From: Clostridia bacterium
GTDB taxonomy: Bacteria > Bacillota > Clostridia > UMGS1883
NCBI GenBank assembly: GCA_051866635.1
Contig: JBJDXJ010000001.1
Coordinates: 15,765-79,764, forward strand
Direction of reading: 5' to 3'
Length of the DNA stretch: 64,000 nt
In this document: positions 9,531 through 20,513 of the stretch, in pieces
Numbering within the stretch: position 1 is the first letter of the stretch
How the letters are laid out: every line of letters begins with the position of its first letter
Position numbers and translations under genes: made by a program
The notes under the pieces: model-generated
The model's input: the letters and a program-made list of their open reading frames with translations, nothing else
Databases searched by the model: none
Told to the model about the DNA's origin: nothing

Positions 9531-9548
9531 AGAATCTCCTCCTAAGGT

Positions 9549-9577
9549 TATTTTGAGCATTTTAGAAATATATATAC
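9549..9577 (-). promoter_or_regulatory. sigG-like promoter of spoVAE
   Basis: GTATA-17 bp-CAAAATA. Confidence 0.55.
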
Positions 9578-9600
9578 TTATTTTCAGACTGTAGATGAAC

Positions 9601-10530
9601 TTATTTTTTAGGTCTTGCCACAGGTGCAGCACTCTTTACATAGATAACAGGGCCTTCTTCTTCATACTCGGGTGAAAACTCGCTATGAATTTCACCTCTT
9701 ACCCTAACGTAGCCGCCTTCTTCCAGCATTGAAGCCTTGTCGTATTTACAGACGTAGCCCAAAAACTGCATATCATCTTCACAGCAGGTCATAATCATGT
9801 TGCCTGCAAGAAAGTACCCTTCCCTGAAATAGTCGGGCTTTGCAACCTGTGCCACATATTCAACAGTTTTACCCTCGTAACGAGATGGGTTATCCATCAT
9901 GTCTATATACCATACAACGTAGGAATCCTTGTCAAGTGAAAGAACTTCATCATTAAGATTATATGGTAAGTCTTCTTCAAGCATAATATCCATTATACCT
10001 TCCTCGTCACTTACATACATAATCTCCGCCTGTGGTGAACAACGCTTGATACTGTCTTTGTAAAACTTAAAATTATCATCACGGGTACAGCGGTTCATTA
10101 CAACAGTTGTGGATGAACGGAGTTGGTCTGCAAATATACTTTTCATGTTGTTAAAGTAGCTTTCAAAAGTAGTTGCATCAATAACAGTAATCTGTTCTAC
10201 CAATCTCCATGTTCTTGGCATGGGAACAGAATATAAAGTCTGCATGCCCCAAACACCGTTATATTCAAAAATGACCATTGTGGGCTTGTACTTTTCATTA
10301 AGTTTACCGAAAACATCGCTGGTCACATTTTCCTTTTCATCTATTACATGCAAGTGGATATTTTCGGGAAGGGAGTCATATTCTACCTCTCCTTCTTCAC
10401 AAACAACAATAACAACCCTTTCTTTTTGCATTTTAGGGTCACGTATAATTGCATTTTGTATGAAGGTTGTTTTACCGCTTTCCAAAAATCCGTTAATTAT
10501 AAAAACTGGAACCTTCTTTTCACCGAACAT
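9601..10530 (-). CDS. COG0523/CobW-like GTPase with TIGR03943-like C-terminal domain
   Basis: GFLESGKTT, CEEGE, MTCCEDD. Confidence 0.85.
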   Translation of the reverse strand: MFGEKKVPVFIINGFLESGKTTFIQNAIIRDPKMQKERVVIVVCEEGEVEYDSLPENIHLHVIDEKENVTSDVFGKLNEKYKPTMVIFEYNGVWGMQTLYSVPMPRTWRLVEQITVIDATTFESYFNNMKSIFADQLRSSTTVVMNRCTRDDNFKFYKDSIKRCSPQAEIMYVSDEEGIMDIMLEEDLPYNLNDEVLSLDKDSYVVWYIDMMDNPSRYEGKTVEYVAQVAKPDYFREGYFLAGNMIMTCCEDDMQFLGYVCKYDKASMLEEGGYVRVRGEIHSEFSPEYEEEGPVIYVKSAAPVARPKK

Positions 10531-10536
10531 TATTTA

Positions 10537-11727
10537 TCAGCCCTTTCTGAAAAGTGTAGCTAATTTTTCCTCGTTAAGATTGGCACCGATAACGCAAATT
10601 TTGCCCGTGTAACAGGGTGCACCCTCTCTTATATCATGTTCTTCCGGTACATAGTCAAAGTATATCCAACCATTTTCTGACTGCACCATTCCCTTTGCAC
10701 GGAGTATAGCACCGTATTCACCGCTGTCAAGAGCATCAAGGATATTTTTAACTTCATCTTCACTATATTTCTTAACTGTTTCAAAGCCCCAGGAAGTAAA
10801 GGCTTCGTCTGCATGATGATGGTGGTGGTCATGGTCGTGACAGCCACATTCGCAGTTTTCGTCATGTTCATGATGATGTTCATGCTCTTCATGGTGGTAG
10901 TCGTGGTCGTGACAGCCACATTCGCAGTTTTCGTCATGTTCATGATGATGCTCATGTTCTTCATGGTGGTGGTCGTGGTCGTGACAACCGCAATGCTCGC
11001 CATGGTCATGATGATGTTCATGTTCTTCATGATGATGGTCGTGGTCGTGACAGTCGCAATGCTCGTCATGGTCGTGATGATGTTCATGCTCTTCATGAGC
11101 GTGCATTGCTTCATGGAGCAATTCTTCCTCCATCTTGCCCTTTTCAAAAGCTGACAAAATCTGTTCCTTTGACAATACATCAAGATGTGTTGTTATAACA
11201 TTAACATCTTTATTTATGTCACGAATAATTTCAACTGCCTGCTCAATCTTTTCTTCGCTTGCTTTATCCGTTCTTGTGAGAAGCACACAATTTGAGTACA
11301 AAATCTGATCTTCATAGAATTCTCCGAAGTTCTTTCTGTACATTTTACACTTTGTGGCATCTGCAACGGTAATACAAGAATCAACCTTGATATTTTCGTC
11401 ATTTGTGTTATTTACAGCCGCAATAACATCGCTGAGCTTACCTACACCTGAGGGTTCAATAATAATTCTGTCGGGAGAATAGGTTTTAACAGTTTCTTCA
11501 AGTGCCTTTGTAAAGTCACCAACAAGACTGCAACATATACAGCCTGAATTCATTTCGGTTATTTCAATGCCTGCATCCTGTAAAAAACCGCCGTCAACAC
11601 CTATTTCGCCGAATTCGTTTTCAATTAAAACAAGTTTTTCTCCTTTGAAAACATCACTGATAAGTCTCTTTATAAAAGTTGTTTTACCGGCACCTAAAAA
11701 TCCTGATATAATATTTACTTTTGTCAT
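10537..11727 (-). CDS. COG0523/CobW family metal chaperone GTPase with His/Cys-rich insert
   Basis: GFLGAGKTT, ENEFGE, GCICC, IEPSGVG, LRAKG. Confidence 0.93.
   Translation of the reverse strand: MTKVNIISGFLGAGKTTFIKRLISDVFKGEKLVLIENEFGEIGVDGGFLQDAGIEITEMNSGCICCSLVGDFTKALEETVKTYSPDRIIIEPSGVGKLSDVIAAVNNTNDENIKVDSCITVADATKCKMYRKNFGEFYEDQILYSNCVLLTRTDKASEEKIEQAVEIIRDINKDVNVITTHLDVLSKEQILSAFEKGKMEEELLHEAMHAHEEHEHHHDHDEHCDCHDHDHHHEEHEHHHDHGEHCGCHDHDHHHEEHEHHHEHDENCECGCHDHDYHHEEHEHHHEHDENCECGCHDHDHHHHHADEAFTSWGFETVKKYSEDEVKNILDALDSGEYGAILRAKGMVQSENGWIYFDYVPEEHDIREGAPCYTGKICVIGANLNEEKLATLFRKG
10813..11097 (-). repeat. Intragenic tandem repeat, 2x66 bp plus 2x72 bp, encoding His/Cys units
   Basis: HEEHEHHHDHxEHCxCHDHDHH twice, then HEEHEHHHEHDENCECGCHDHDxH twice. 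Confidence 0.9.
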
Positions 11728-11758
11728 AAAATTGCCTCTTTTCATCAAGTTTTTTCTA

Positions 11759-11793
11759 AGTGATAATTATATCACTCAAATATTTTTTGTCAA
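11759..11793 (-). promoter_or_regulatory. sigmaA promoter with overlapping palindromic operator
   Basis: TTGACA-16 bp-TATAAT with TGn extension; AGTGATA-TAAT-TATCACT inverted repeat over the -10. Confidence 0.65.
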
Positions 11794-11824
11794 GTTCTTC
11801 ACATAAATTGCCCTTTGAAATGGG

Positions 11825-12502
11825 TTACAGCACAATTTCAACAGGTTTAAACTTTAAAAAATCTGCGGAAACTAAAATGTGGTTATCCTTTTTGGGAATA
11901 TGGTTTAAAGCACTTTTTCCGTGCAGATGTCCGTAAATGCAATATTTAACATCAAATTCCTCAAGTACGTCCAAAAAGCCGTCTTGTGGCGGATAATGCA
12001 GTGCCGCAATAAGCCCTTTAGGGTTTTGTGCCATACCTTTCGTAAGTGACAGTCTTAATCTACCCAATTCCCTGTTATACATTTTTTCGTCACTTGTTTT
12101 AAAATCTTTATCCGAAGGTGTTATCCAGCCACGTGATGCACATATTGCATAGTCTTTATACAAGTAAGTGCTGTTATGAATAAAATGTATATTGGTAAGA
12201 TTATTTCTCTCTAAAAAAGCGTTCAGCTTAGTTTTTGTTTCCCACCAATAATCATGATTTCCCTTACTTATAAGTTTTACACCCGGCAGATTATTTATAA
12301 ACTTAAAATCAGGCAAAGCATCTGTTACATAAGTTGCCCAGGAAAAATCACCGTTTATAATAACAACATCATTTTCAGTAACGGTCTTTTTCCATTCCTC
12401 TTCAATACGTTCTACATAATTATTCCAATTATTTCCAAAAACATCCATTGGTTTGAAATTTCCCAAGGGCAAGTGTAAATCACTTAATGCAAAAAGTGCC
12501 AC
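11825..12502 (-). CDS. Calcineurin-like metallophosphoesterase
   Basis: SDLHL, GDFSWA, GNHDYWW, HYPP, YGHLHG; GTG start after AAGGTGG. Confidence 0.9.
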   Translation of the reverse strand: MALFALSDLHLPLGNFKPMDVFGNNWNNYVERIEEEWKKTVTENDVVIINGDFSWATYVTDALPDFKFINNLPGVKLISKGNHDYWWETKTKLNAFLERNNLTNIHFIHNSTYLYKDYAICASRGWITPSDKDFKTSDEKMYNRELGRLRLSLTKGMAQNPKGLIAALHYPPQDGFLDVLEEFDVKYCIYGHLHGKSALNHIPKKDNHILVSADFLKFKPVEIVL

Positions 12503-12590
12503 ATTTCCACCACCTTTCAGAATATTTTTTAAAATATGTGACACAATAATTCTGAGCTGATTGCTCGAAATTATTTAAGGAGTGTCTTAA

Positions 12591-12752
12591 ATGGATAATA
12601 ACAACATTATCAAAGGTATTACTTGCGAAGTAAACACATGTCAGTACCACACACAGAACAATGAATGTTCCGCCGGTACAATCAAGGTAACACATTTCGG
12701 TGCCGACACTAAGGAACAGACAGACTGTTCAACATTTAAGAAAAAGCTTTAA
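12591..12752 (+). CDS. DUF1540 family Cys-rich small protein (53 aa)
   Basis: MDNNNIIKGITCEVNTCQYHTQNNECSAGTIKVTHFGADTKEQTDCSTFKKKL; RBS AAGGAG; sigG-like GAATA-17-CACAATA at 12520-12548. Confidence 0.85.
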   Translation: MDNNNIIKGITCEVNTCQYHTQNNECSAGTIKVTHFGADTKEQTDCSTFKKKL

Positions 12753-12798
12753 AAGAACCCCGGTTTCAATTTTCCGAAACCGGGATTTTTTTCTTTTT
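12753..12798. terminator. Terminator between the DUF1540 gene and thrC
   Basis: CCCGGTTTC...GAAACCGGG followed by a T tract. Confidence 0.8.
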
Positions 12799-14286
12799 TT
12801 ATATATTTAAAAACTTATAAACTGCATCAATCATTTCAGTTTTTTCATAAACATCCTTAAAACGTATATCTTTCGTGCGAAGCTCGTTCAATGATGCAGG
12901 AATTGTAAGGCCGCTTTTTTCACAAAGCATGTCTAAAAGCATAAATTCATCCTTACCTGTTACATCTTCACCTAAGGCTGTAAGCACCGCTTCGTTGAAC
13001 TTAAAGGGGCTTGCTGTAGATGCGATAACAGTCTTTCTTGTATCGCCTGTTAATTTTGCATAATCGTCATACACCTTAACTGCCACAGCAGTATGTGTAT
13101 CCATTGTGTAGCCGTACTTTTCCTTGTACAAAGCGATAGTAGCCTTGCTGTCCTCGTCGGAGCAGTAACCGCCTGCAAAATTTTCTGTAACAGCTTTCTT
13201 TATCTCGCCATTTACTTCGTACTTACCCTTATTCTTAAGTTCATCCATATATCCTGCCACAAGATTACTGTCTTTACTTATAAGGTACAACAGTCTTTCA
13301 AGATTTGACGAAATAAGAATATCCATGGAAGGTGAAATTGTTGTGTGGAAATCACGGTTTCTGTCGTAAACACCTGTATTTATAAAATCTGTAAGTACAT
13401 TATTCATGTTGGAAGCACATATAAGCTTACCTACGGGAAGGCCCATGCATTTAGCATAATATGCCGCCAGAATGTTACCGAAGTTACCTGTAGGTACGCA
13501 TACGTTCATTTCTTCACCTATCTTTATATCGCCCTTTTCAAGAAGGTCAGCATAACTAGAGAAGTAATACACAACCTGAGGTACAAGTCTGCCCCAGTTA
13601 ATACTGTTTGCAGAAGAAAATACCTTTTTATTTTCAGAAAGTTTATCCTCACAGTTTTTATCTGTGAAAATCATTTTTACACCGCTTTGAGCATCGTCAA
13701 AGTTACCTTTAACGCTTGCTACATAAACATTATCACCGCTTTGTGTTGCCATCTGCAATTTCTGAATACGGCTAACACCGTCAACGGGATAGAACACAAT
13801 AATCTTTGTGCCTTCAACGTCACGGAAGCCTTCCAATGCCGCCTTACCTGTGTCACCGCTTGTTGCAACCAAGATTACAACTTCTTTATCAACACCGATT
13901 TTTTTCATACTTGTAGTGAGAAGATAAGGAAGAATCTGGAGTGCCATATCCTTAAAGGCACATGTGGGGCCGTGCCAAAGTTCGAGAATATGTTTCTTTT
14001 CATCTATCTTTGTTACGGGAGCAATCTTTTCAGATGCAAAATTTGTGTTGTAAGCACCTTTTACACAGTATTCAATTTCCTCATCTGTAAAATCAGTAAG
14101 GAACAAAGAAAGAATTTTCTTTGCCCTTTCCTGATATGACAAAGGAGCAAGGTCCTTTATAAAATCTTCTGTTACAGAGGGAATACTTTCAGGCAGAAAC
14201 AAACCGCCCTCATATGAAAGTCCCTTTACAATTGCTTCTGCACTTGTAACCGATACTGATGCGTCTCTCGTACTTTTATAATTCAT
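12799..14286 (-). CDS. thrC: Threonine synthase
   Basis: YKSTR, HGPTCAFKDMAL, ATSGDTG, SANSINWGRL, PTGNFGN. Confidence 0.97.
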   Translation of the reverse strand: MNYKSTRDASVSVTSAEAIVKGLSYEGGLFLPESIPSVTEDFIKDLAPLSYQERAKKILSLFLTDFTDEEIEYCVKGAYNTNFASEKIAPVTKIDEKKHILELWHGPTCAFKDMALQILPYLLTTSMKKIGVDKEVVILVATSGDTGKAALEGFRDVEGTKIIVFYPVDGVSRIQKLQMATQSGDNVYVASVKGNFDDAQSGVKMIFTDKNCEDKLSENKKVFSSANSINWGRLVPQVVYYFSSYADLLEKGDIKIGEEMNVCVPTGNFGNILAAYYAKCMGLPVGKLICASNMNNVLTDFINTGVYDRNRDFHTTISPSMDILISSNLERLLYLISKDSNLVAGYMDELKNKGKYEVNGEIKKAVTENFAGGYCSDEDSKATIALYKEKYGYTMDTHTAVAVKVYDDYAKLTGDTRKTVIASTASPFKFNEAVLTALGEDVTGKDEFMLLDMLCEKSGLTIPASLNELRTKDIRFKDVYEKTEMIDAVYKFLNI

Positions 14287-14296
14287 GTTCATCACC

Positions 14297-16699
14297 TTAT
14301 TTAACAATAATATTTACCAATTTTCCGGGTACTGCTATTACCTTTGCCACATTCTGTCCCTCAATAAGCGTCTTGATTTCCTCGTTTTCGAGGGCAGCCT
14401 TTTCCATACCTTCGCGGTCAAGATTTGCAGGAATCATCATCTTACTTTTAACACGGCTGTTAATCTGAACAACAATTTCGATTGTGGAATCAACACAAAG
14501 TGCCTCATCGTAGCTAACCCACTTGCCCTTTGAAAGGATGCTTCCGAAAATTTCTTCGTGCAATTCTTCTGTCATGTGAGGTGCAAAGGGATTAAGCATT
14601 ATAAGAAGTGATTTATACTCTGCCTTGTTTACACTTCCCACTTCGTAAATCTTATTTACAAGTGTCATAAGAGCCGCAATAGCAGTATTGAACTTCATAT
14701 TTTCAATATCGCTTGTTACTTTCTTTATAGTCTTATGCATGGAAGATGTCATTTCTTCACGGTATTCACTACCTTCAATCAGCTTTGTCTTTAAATCCCA
14801 CACACGGTCCAAGAACCTTTCACAGCCCTTCATACTGCTTTCATTCCAAGGTGCCGCCTGTTCGTAGTCGCCCATAAAGAGAACGTAAACACGGAGCACA
14901 TCTGCACCGTACTGGTCAACAACATCATTGGGGTCAACAACGTTACCCTTACTCTTACTCATTTTTTCACCGTCGGGACCTAAAATAAGACCCTGAGCAG
15001 TTCTCTTTGCGTAAGGCTCTGATGTGGGAACAAGACCTAAATCGTAAAGGAATTTGTGCCAGAAACGGGAGTAAATCATATGCCTTGTAACATGTTCCAT
15101 ACCACCGTTGTACCAGTCAACATTCATCCAGTATTTCAAGCTTTCCTGGGAAGCAAATTCCTTATCGTTTTTGGGGTCACAGTAACGGAGGAAATACCAG
15201 CTGCTTCCTGCCCACTGGGGCATTGTGTCTGTTTCTCTTCTCGCCTTATTGCCGCACTTGGGACAAGTACAGTTTACAAAGGACTCAATCTTAGCTAAGG
15301 GACTTTCACCGTCTGAACCCGGTTCAAAGTTTTCAACAGGAGGCAAACGGAGGGGAAGCTCTTCATAGGGAACCGGAACCATGCCGCACTTATCGCAGTG
15401 AACAATGGGAATAGGTTCGCCCCAGTAACGCTGACGGTTAAACGCCCAGTCTTTCATCTTGTACTGAACACCCTTTTCGCCACAGCCTTTTTCGCCTAAG
15501 ACTTCAAGCATTTTTTCGATTGCTTCTTTCTTTGTCTTAATGCCGTTAAGGATGCCCGAATTAACCATTTCACCATCGCCTGTATAGGCTTCTTTTGTAA
15601 TGTCGCCACCCTTAATTACTTCAATTATATCAATGCCGAACTTCTTTGCAAAGTCGTAGTCACGTGTATCGTGAGCAGGTACCGCCATTATGGCACCTGT
15701 GCCGTAGCCCATCATTACATAGTCGGAAATATAAATAGGAATTTCCTTTTCTGTAATGGGGTTAATTGCTGTAAGACCTTCGATTTTTACACCGGTCTTG
15801 TCTTTAACAAGCTGTGTTCTTTCAAATTCGCTCTTCTTAGCACATTCCTTCTTATAATCTTCCAGTTCAGCATAATTTGCAATGGAATTTTTATATTTTT
15901 CAATAATGGGATGCTCAGGTGCAATAACCATAAATGTTACGCCGTAAAGTGTGTCGGGTCTTGTTGTATATACACGGAGCTTTTCGCCGTTTTCCTTAAC
16001 TGTAAAGTTTACAAAAGCACCTGTGGACTTGCCAATCCAGTTTTGCTGTTGAAGCTTTACGTTGGGAAGATAGTCAACAGTTTCCAAACCTTCCAGAAGT
16101 TTATCGGCATATTCCGTAATTCTAAGATACCATACTTCCTTTGTTTTCTGGACAATATCACTGTGGCAAATGTCGCACTTACCGCCCTGCGAATCTTCGT
16201 TTGAAAGTACTACTTTACAGCTGGGGCAGTAGTTAACCAATGTTTTGTCACGGAAAACAAGCCCCTTTTCAAACATTTTAAGGAAAATCCACTGTGTCCA
16301 CTTGTAATAGCCTTCTTCAGTGGTGTCGATAACTCTTGTCCAGTCGAAAGAGAAGCCGACTCTTTTAAGCTGGGATGTGAACTTTACAATGTTTCTGTCT
16401 GTTACAATTCTGGGATGTACCCCTGTTTTAATTGCAGTATTTTCTGTGGGAAGACCATAGGCATCAAATCCCATGGGGAAAAGCACATTATAACCTTCAA
16501 GTCTTCTCTTTCTGGAAACAACCTCAAGACCTGAATATGCCTTTATATGACCTACATGCATACCGCTTCCCGAAGGATAGGGGAACTCAACCAAAGCGTA
16601 AAACTTAGGCTTTTCGCTGTTATTTTCAGCTACAAAGGACTTATTGTCCTCCCAGTATTTTTGCCATTTTTGTTCTATATTTTTAAAATCGTACTTCAT
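14297..16699 (-). CDS. leuS: Leucine--tRNA ligase
   Basis: FPYPSG, HVGH, YTTRPDTL, GTGAIMAVPAHD, KMSKS. Confidence 0.97.
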   Translation of the reverse strand: MKYDFKNIEQKWQKYWEDNKSFVAENNSEKPKFYALVEFPYPSGSGMHVGHIKAYSGLEVVSRKRRLEGYNVLFPMGFDAYGLPTENTAIKTGVHPRIVTDRNIVKFTSQLKRVGFSFDWTRVIDTTEEGYYKWTQWIFLKMFEKGLVFRDKTLVNYCPSCKVVLSNEDSQGGKCDICHSDIVQKTKEVWYLRITEYADKLLEGLETVDYLPNVKLQQQNWIGKSTGAFVNFTVKENGEKLRVYTTRPDTLYGVTFMVIAPEHPIIEKYKNSIANYAELEDYKKECAKKSEFERTQLVKDKTGVKIEGLTAINPITEKEIPIYISDYVMMGYGTGAIMAVPAHDTRDYDFAKKFGIDIIEVIKGGDITKEAYTGDGEMVNSGILNGIKTKKEAIEKMLEVLGEKGCGEKGVQYKMKDWAFNRQRYWGEPIPIVHCDKCGMVPVPYEELPLRLPPVENFEPGSDGESPLAKIESFVNCTCPKCGNKARRETDTMPQWAGSSWYFLRYCDPKNDKEFASQESLKYWMNVDWYNGGMEHVTRHMIYSRFWHKFLYDLGLVPTSEPYAKRTAQGLILGPDGEKMSKSKGNVVDPNDVVDQYGADVLRVYVLFMGDYEQAAPWNESSMKGCERFLDRVWDLKTKLIEGSEYREEMTSSMHKTIKKVTSDIENMKFNTAIAALMTLVNKIYEVGSVNKAEYKSLLIMLNPFAPHMTEELHEEIFGSILSKGKWVSYDEALCVDSTIEIVVQINSRVKSKMMIPANLDREGMEKAALENEEIKTLIEGQNVAKVIAVPGKLVNIIVK

Positions 16700-17073
16700 T
16701 ACTTTGCTCCTTCTTCATCTATAAGTTTATGAATATCAACTTTTTCCGTGTCGCCCCATAGGTGTTCAAGTGAATAATAATCACGCATTTGACGGTTAAA
16801 AATGTGAACCATAACACCGCCAAGTTCAACTATTACCCAGCCCGATTCTTCCTTGCCTTCAACCTTTAGAACGAACGCACCCATTTTTTCTCTTAGCTCG
16901 TCCGTCAAGGCATGAATCTGGCTTGTAGATCCACCGGAACAGATAACAAAATAATGAGTTAGGATTGTTAATTCCGAAACATCCAAAACAACCATATCAA
17001 GTGCCTTTTTGTTGTCAAGCAGTTGTACCGCTTGCTTTAAGAGATTAAATTCTTCATTGACCACGAATTTCAT
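16699..17073 (-). CDS. rsfS: Ribosome silencing factor
   Basis: KKALDMVVLDV...YFVICSG...WVIVELGGVMVHIF...YYSLEHLW; follows yqeK. Confidence 0.93.
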   Translation of the reverse strand: MKFVVNEEFNLLKQAVQLLDNKKALDMVVLDVSELTILTHYFVICSGGSTSQIHALTDELREKMGAFVLKVEGKEESGWVIVELGGVMVHIFNRQMRDYYSLEHLWGDTEKVDIHKLIDEEGAK

Positions 17074-17638
17074 CTCTCCTTTCAATAAGATAATTACGGG
17101 CAGAAATGGAATCAGGATGGATAATTCTGCCCTTTTTTATAACATGTTTAATTGAACAGTCAATGGCATAGATTAAAGCATCGTCAAGATTTTCTTCAAC
17201 CATTTTTCTTAACTCCTCTGCCTGAGGCATAGTCCTTCCCGGTTCAATCATGTCTGCTATGTATATCAGCTTTTCAAGATTAGTCATATTCGCCCTGGCT
17301 GTTGTGTGGTAATATATGGCGTCCAAAATTTCCTTGTCTGTAACGCCATAATCACGGTATGCCACTGCCGCACCTAAAAATGCGTGGATAAGAGCAGGCT
17401 CCTTAATGGCTAATTCTTCCAATGTTACACCGTAATCTGCCGCAATTTCCAATATTCTGTCCTGGTCAAAATTTTTTGCACAGTCATGAAGCAGTGCCGC
17501 AATTTTAGCCTTTTCCACATCTACGCCAAACTTAGGTGCAAGACGCACCGCTTCTTTTACAACGCCCAAGGTGTGAAAATACCGTCTTTCCTTCTGTTGG
17601 CTACGTAGTTTTTGGTGCATTTCATCTTCAGTTAACAT
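17054..17638 (-). CDS. yqeK: Ap4A hydrolase, HD domain
   Basis: RYFHTLGV, LLHDCAK, YHTT, IADMIEPGR. Confidence 0.92.
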   Translation of the reverse strand: MLTEDEMHQKLRSQQKERRYFHTLGVVKEAVRLAPKFGVDVEKAKIAALLHDCAKNFDQDRILEIAADYGVTLEELAIKEPALIHAFLGAAVAYRDYGVTDKEILDAIYYHTTARANMTNLEKLIYIADMIEPGRTMPQAEELRKMVEENLDDALIYAIDCSIKHVIKKGRIIHPDSISARNYLIERRDEIRGQ

Positions 17639-17651
17639 AAAATACCTCCTC

Positions 17652-18203
17652 TTATTGATAGAGAGTCCTTACTATTATATAGTCAAATACTTCTTTTTTC
17701 AACAGATTTGATACATTTTTTTTCATTTTTATTTTTTCACGGATTTTGCTTGATGAAACAGGCACTTCCCTGACATTTAATTCTCTTGCCGGTGGAAGTA
17801 TTTTTTCCCCGTTTCTTGGGAAAACAAGCACCGTTGCATTTTTAAAAATCCGCTCGGGCTGATACCATTTGTCAATATATGCGTAGCTGTCGCCGCCGAT
17901 AATAAAGTATAATTCATCATCAGGATAAAGGCTTTTGAAATGCTCCACAGTGTCTGCACTGTAGCTTATATCTGTACGCATAACTTCATAATCGGAAACT
18001 TCAAAGCTAGGGTCATCAAAGGACAGCTTAAGCATTTCTATCCTGTCATGGCTTGATGCAACACAACCCTTTTTGTGAGGCATATTGCCTGTCGGGATGA
18101 ATATTACCCTATCAAGCCCAAACTGTTCTTTTGCCGCCTTTGCAACAGCCATATGACCTATGTGAACAGGGTCAAATGACCCACCGTATAATCCTATTTT
18201 CAT
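17652..18203 (-). CDS. nadD: Nicotinate-nucleotide adenylyltransferase
   Basis: GGSFDPVHIGH, SYSADT, IIGGDS, VSSSKIR. Confidence 0.95.
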   Translation of the reverse strand: MKIGLYGGSFDPVHIGHMAVAKAAKEQFGLDRVIFIPTGNMPHKKGCVASSHDRIEMLKLSFDDPSFEVSDYEVMRTDISYSADTVEHFKSLYPDDELYFIIGGDSYAYIDKWYQPERIFKNATVLVFPRNGEKILPPARELNVREVPVSSSKIREKIKMKKNVSNLLKKEVFDYIIVRTLYQ

Positions 18204-18487
18204 AACTTTATCTGCTTATTATTAACAGACTCTTTATACACTACAAATTTATTTCCCACACAGCTTACAGGTTCTGCACCGATTTCTTCGCAAACTGCTT
18301 CACATGCTTCTCTAGCACTCATGAAAGCTGTTTCCAAAACCTTTACTTTAACAATTTCTCTTGCTTCAAGTGCATCTTCCATCTGTTTTAGGAAATTGTC
18401 ACCTATACCGCCTTTTCCAATCTGGAATATTGTATCTATATTATTTGCCAAACCTCTTAAATAGGCTCGCTGTTTACTTGTTATCAT
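18200..18487 (-). CDS. yhbY: CRM-domain RNA-binding protein
   Basis: ITSKQRAYLRGLAN...QIGKGG...LEAREIVKV. Confidence 0.95.
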   Translation of the reverse strand: MITSKQRAYLRGLANNIDTIFQIGKGGIGDNFLKQMEDALEAREIVKVKVLETAFMSAREACEAVCEEIGAEPVSCVGNKFVVYKESVNNKQIKL

Positions 18488-18526
18488 GTTTTAAATCATT
18501 CCTTCCGTAAATAGGCTTTTAACAGC

Positions 18527-19798
<1,272 letters not shown>

Positions 19799-19861
19799 TT
19801 ACCTCATTCAAAAGGTGCATAACTTCCTTATGACCTATCTATACTATATATACTTCCAACT

Positions 19862-19901
19862 GACAAAAAAATCCCAGAATATACTTCTGGGATTTTTCGT
19901 C
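19862..19901 (-). terminator. Terminator after rpmA
   Basis: AAAAATCCCAGAA...TTCTGGGATTTTT. Confidence 0.75.
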
Positions 19902-19911
19902 ATTACATAAA

Positions 19912-20190
19912 TTATGCTGTGTAAACAGAAACCTGCTTCTTGTCCTTGCCTTTTCTTTCAAACCTTACTACGCCGTCAACAAGTGCAAAAAGTGTATCAT
20001 CGCTACCCTTGCCTACGTTTACACCGGGATGAATCTTTGTTCCTCTCTGACGAACAAGGATGTTACCGGCGAGAACTGCCTGACCGTCAGCACGCTTTGC
20101 GCCCAGACGCTTAGACTCACTGTCACGACCGTTCTTTGTAGAACCAACACCCTTCTTATGAGCGAACAACTGAATATTCAATGTCATCAT
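19912..20190 (-). CDS. rpmA: 50S ribosomal protein L27 with Prp-cleaved N-terminal extension
   Basis: [21 protein letters not shown]. Confidence 0.98.
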   Translation of the reverse strand: MMTLNIQLFAHKKGVGSTKNGRDSESKRLGAKRADGQAVLAGNILVRQRGTKIHPGVNVGKGSDDTLFALVDGVVRFERKGKDKKQVSVYTA

Positions 20191-20194
20191 TTTT

Positions 20195-20509
20195 TTACAC
20201 CTCCAGAATGAAGAGATATTTTTTATATTGTTTTGCAATCTCATAAATCGTAATCATAAGACTGTTCAAGAGCAAATCTGCTCCGTATTCCCTATCCTCG
20301 GGAATTTCACAAACGAGATAACCGTCATTAACACTGTAGGAAATGTCAGCAAGCTTCATTTCTTCAATGCCGTTTAAAGTCATTTGCACCGCTGTTGACA
20401 CAGCCGCACATACAATATCAGATCCACATTCGGCGTAGCCTGAATGTCCGTTAACCTCAATAGAGACAATTTTCCCGCTTTCACTTTTTTCAACCTTAAA
20501 CTTAATCAT
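20195..20509 (-). CDS. prp: Ribosomal-processing cysteine protease
   Basis: GHSGY...DIVCAAVS; located between rplU and rpmA. Confidence 0.95.
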   Translation of the reverse strand: MIKFKVEKSESGKIVSIEVNGHSGYAECGSDIVCAAVSTAVQMTLNGIEEMKLADISYSVNDGYLVCEIPEDREYGADLLLNSLMITIYEIAKQYKKYLFILEV

Positions 20510-20513
20510 AAGC

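Noticed and set aside
10813-11097. Possible CRISPR-like array
   Set aside because: In-frame coding tandem repeats without unique spacers; no cas genes in the window
10629-11183. Low-complexity ORFs 10629-11183 (-) and 10813-11154 (+)
   Set aside because: Alternative-frame shadows of the His-rich repeat in the COG0523 gene
13345-14139. Long antisense ORFs (also 47190-48002, 15671-16204, 29278-29796, 62693-63214)
   Set aside because: Antisense shadows of well-supported genes, with no recognisable domains
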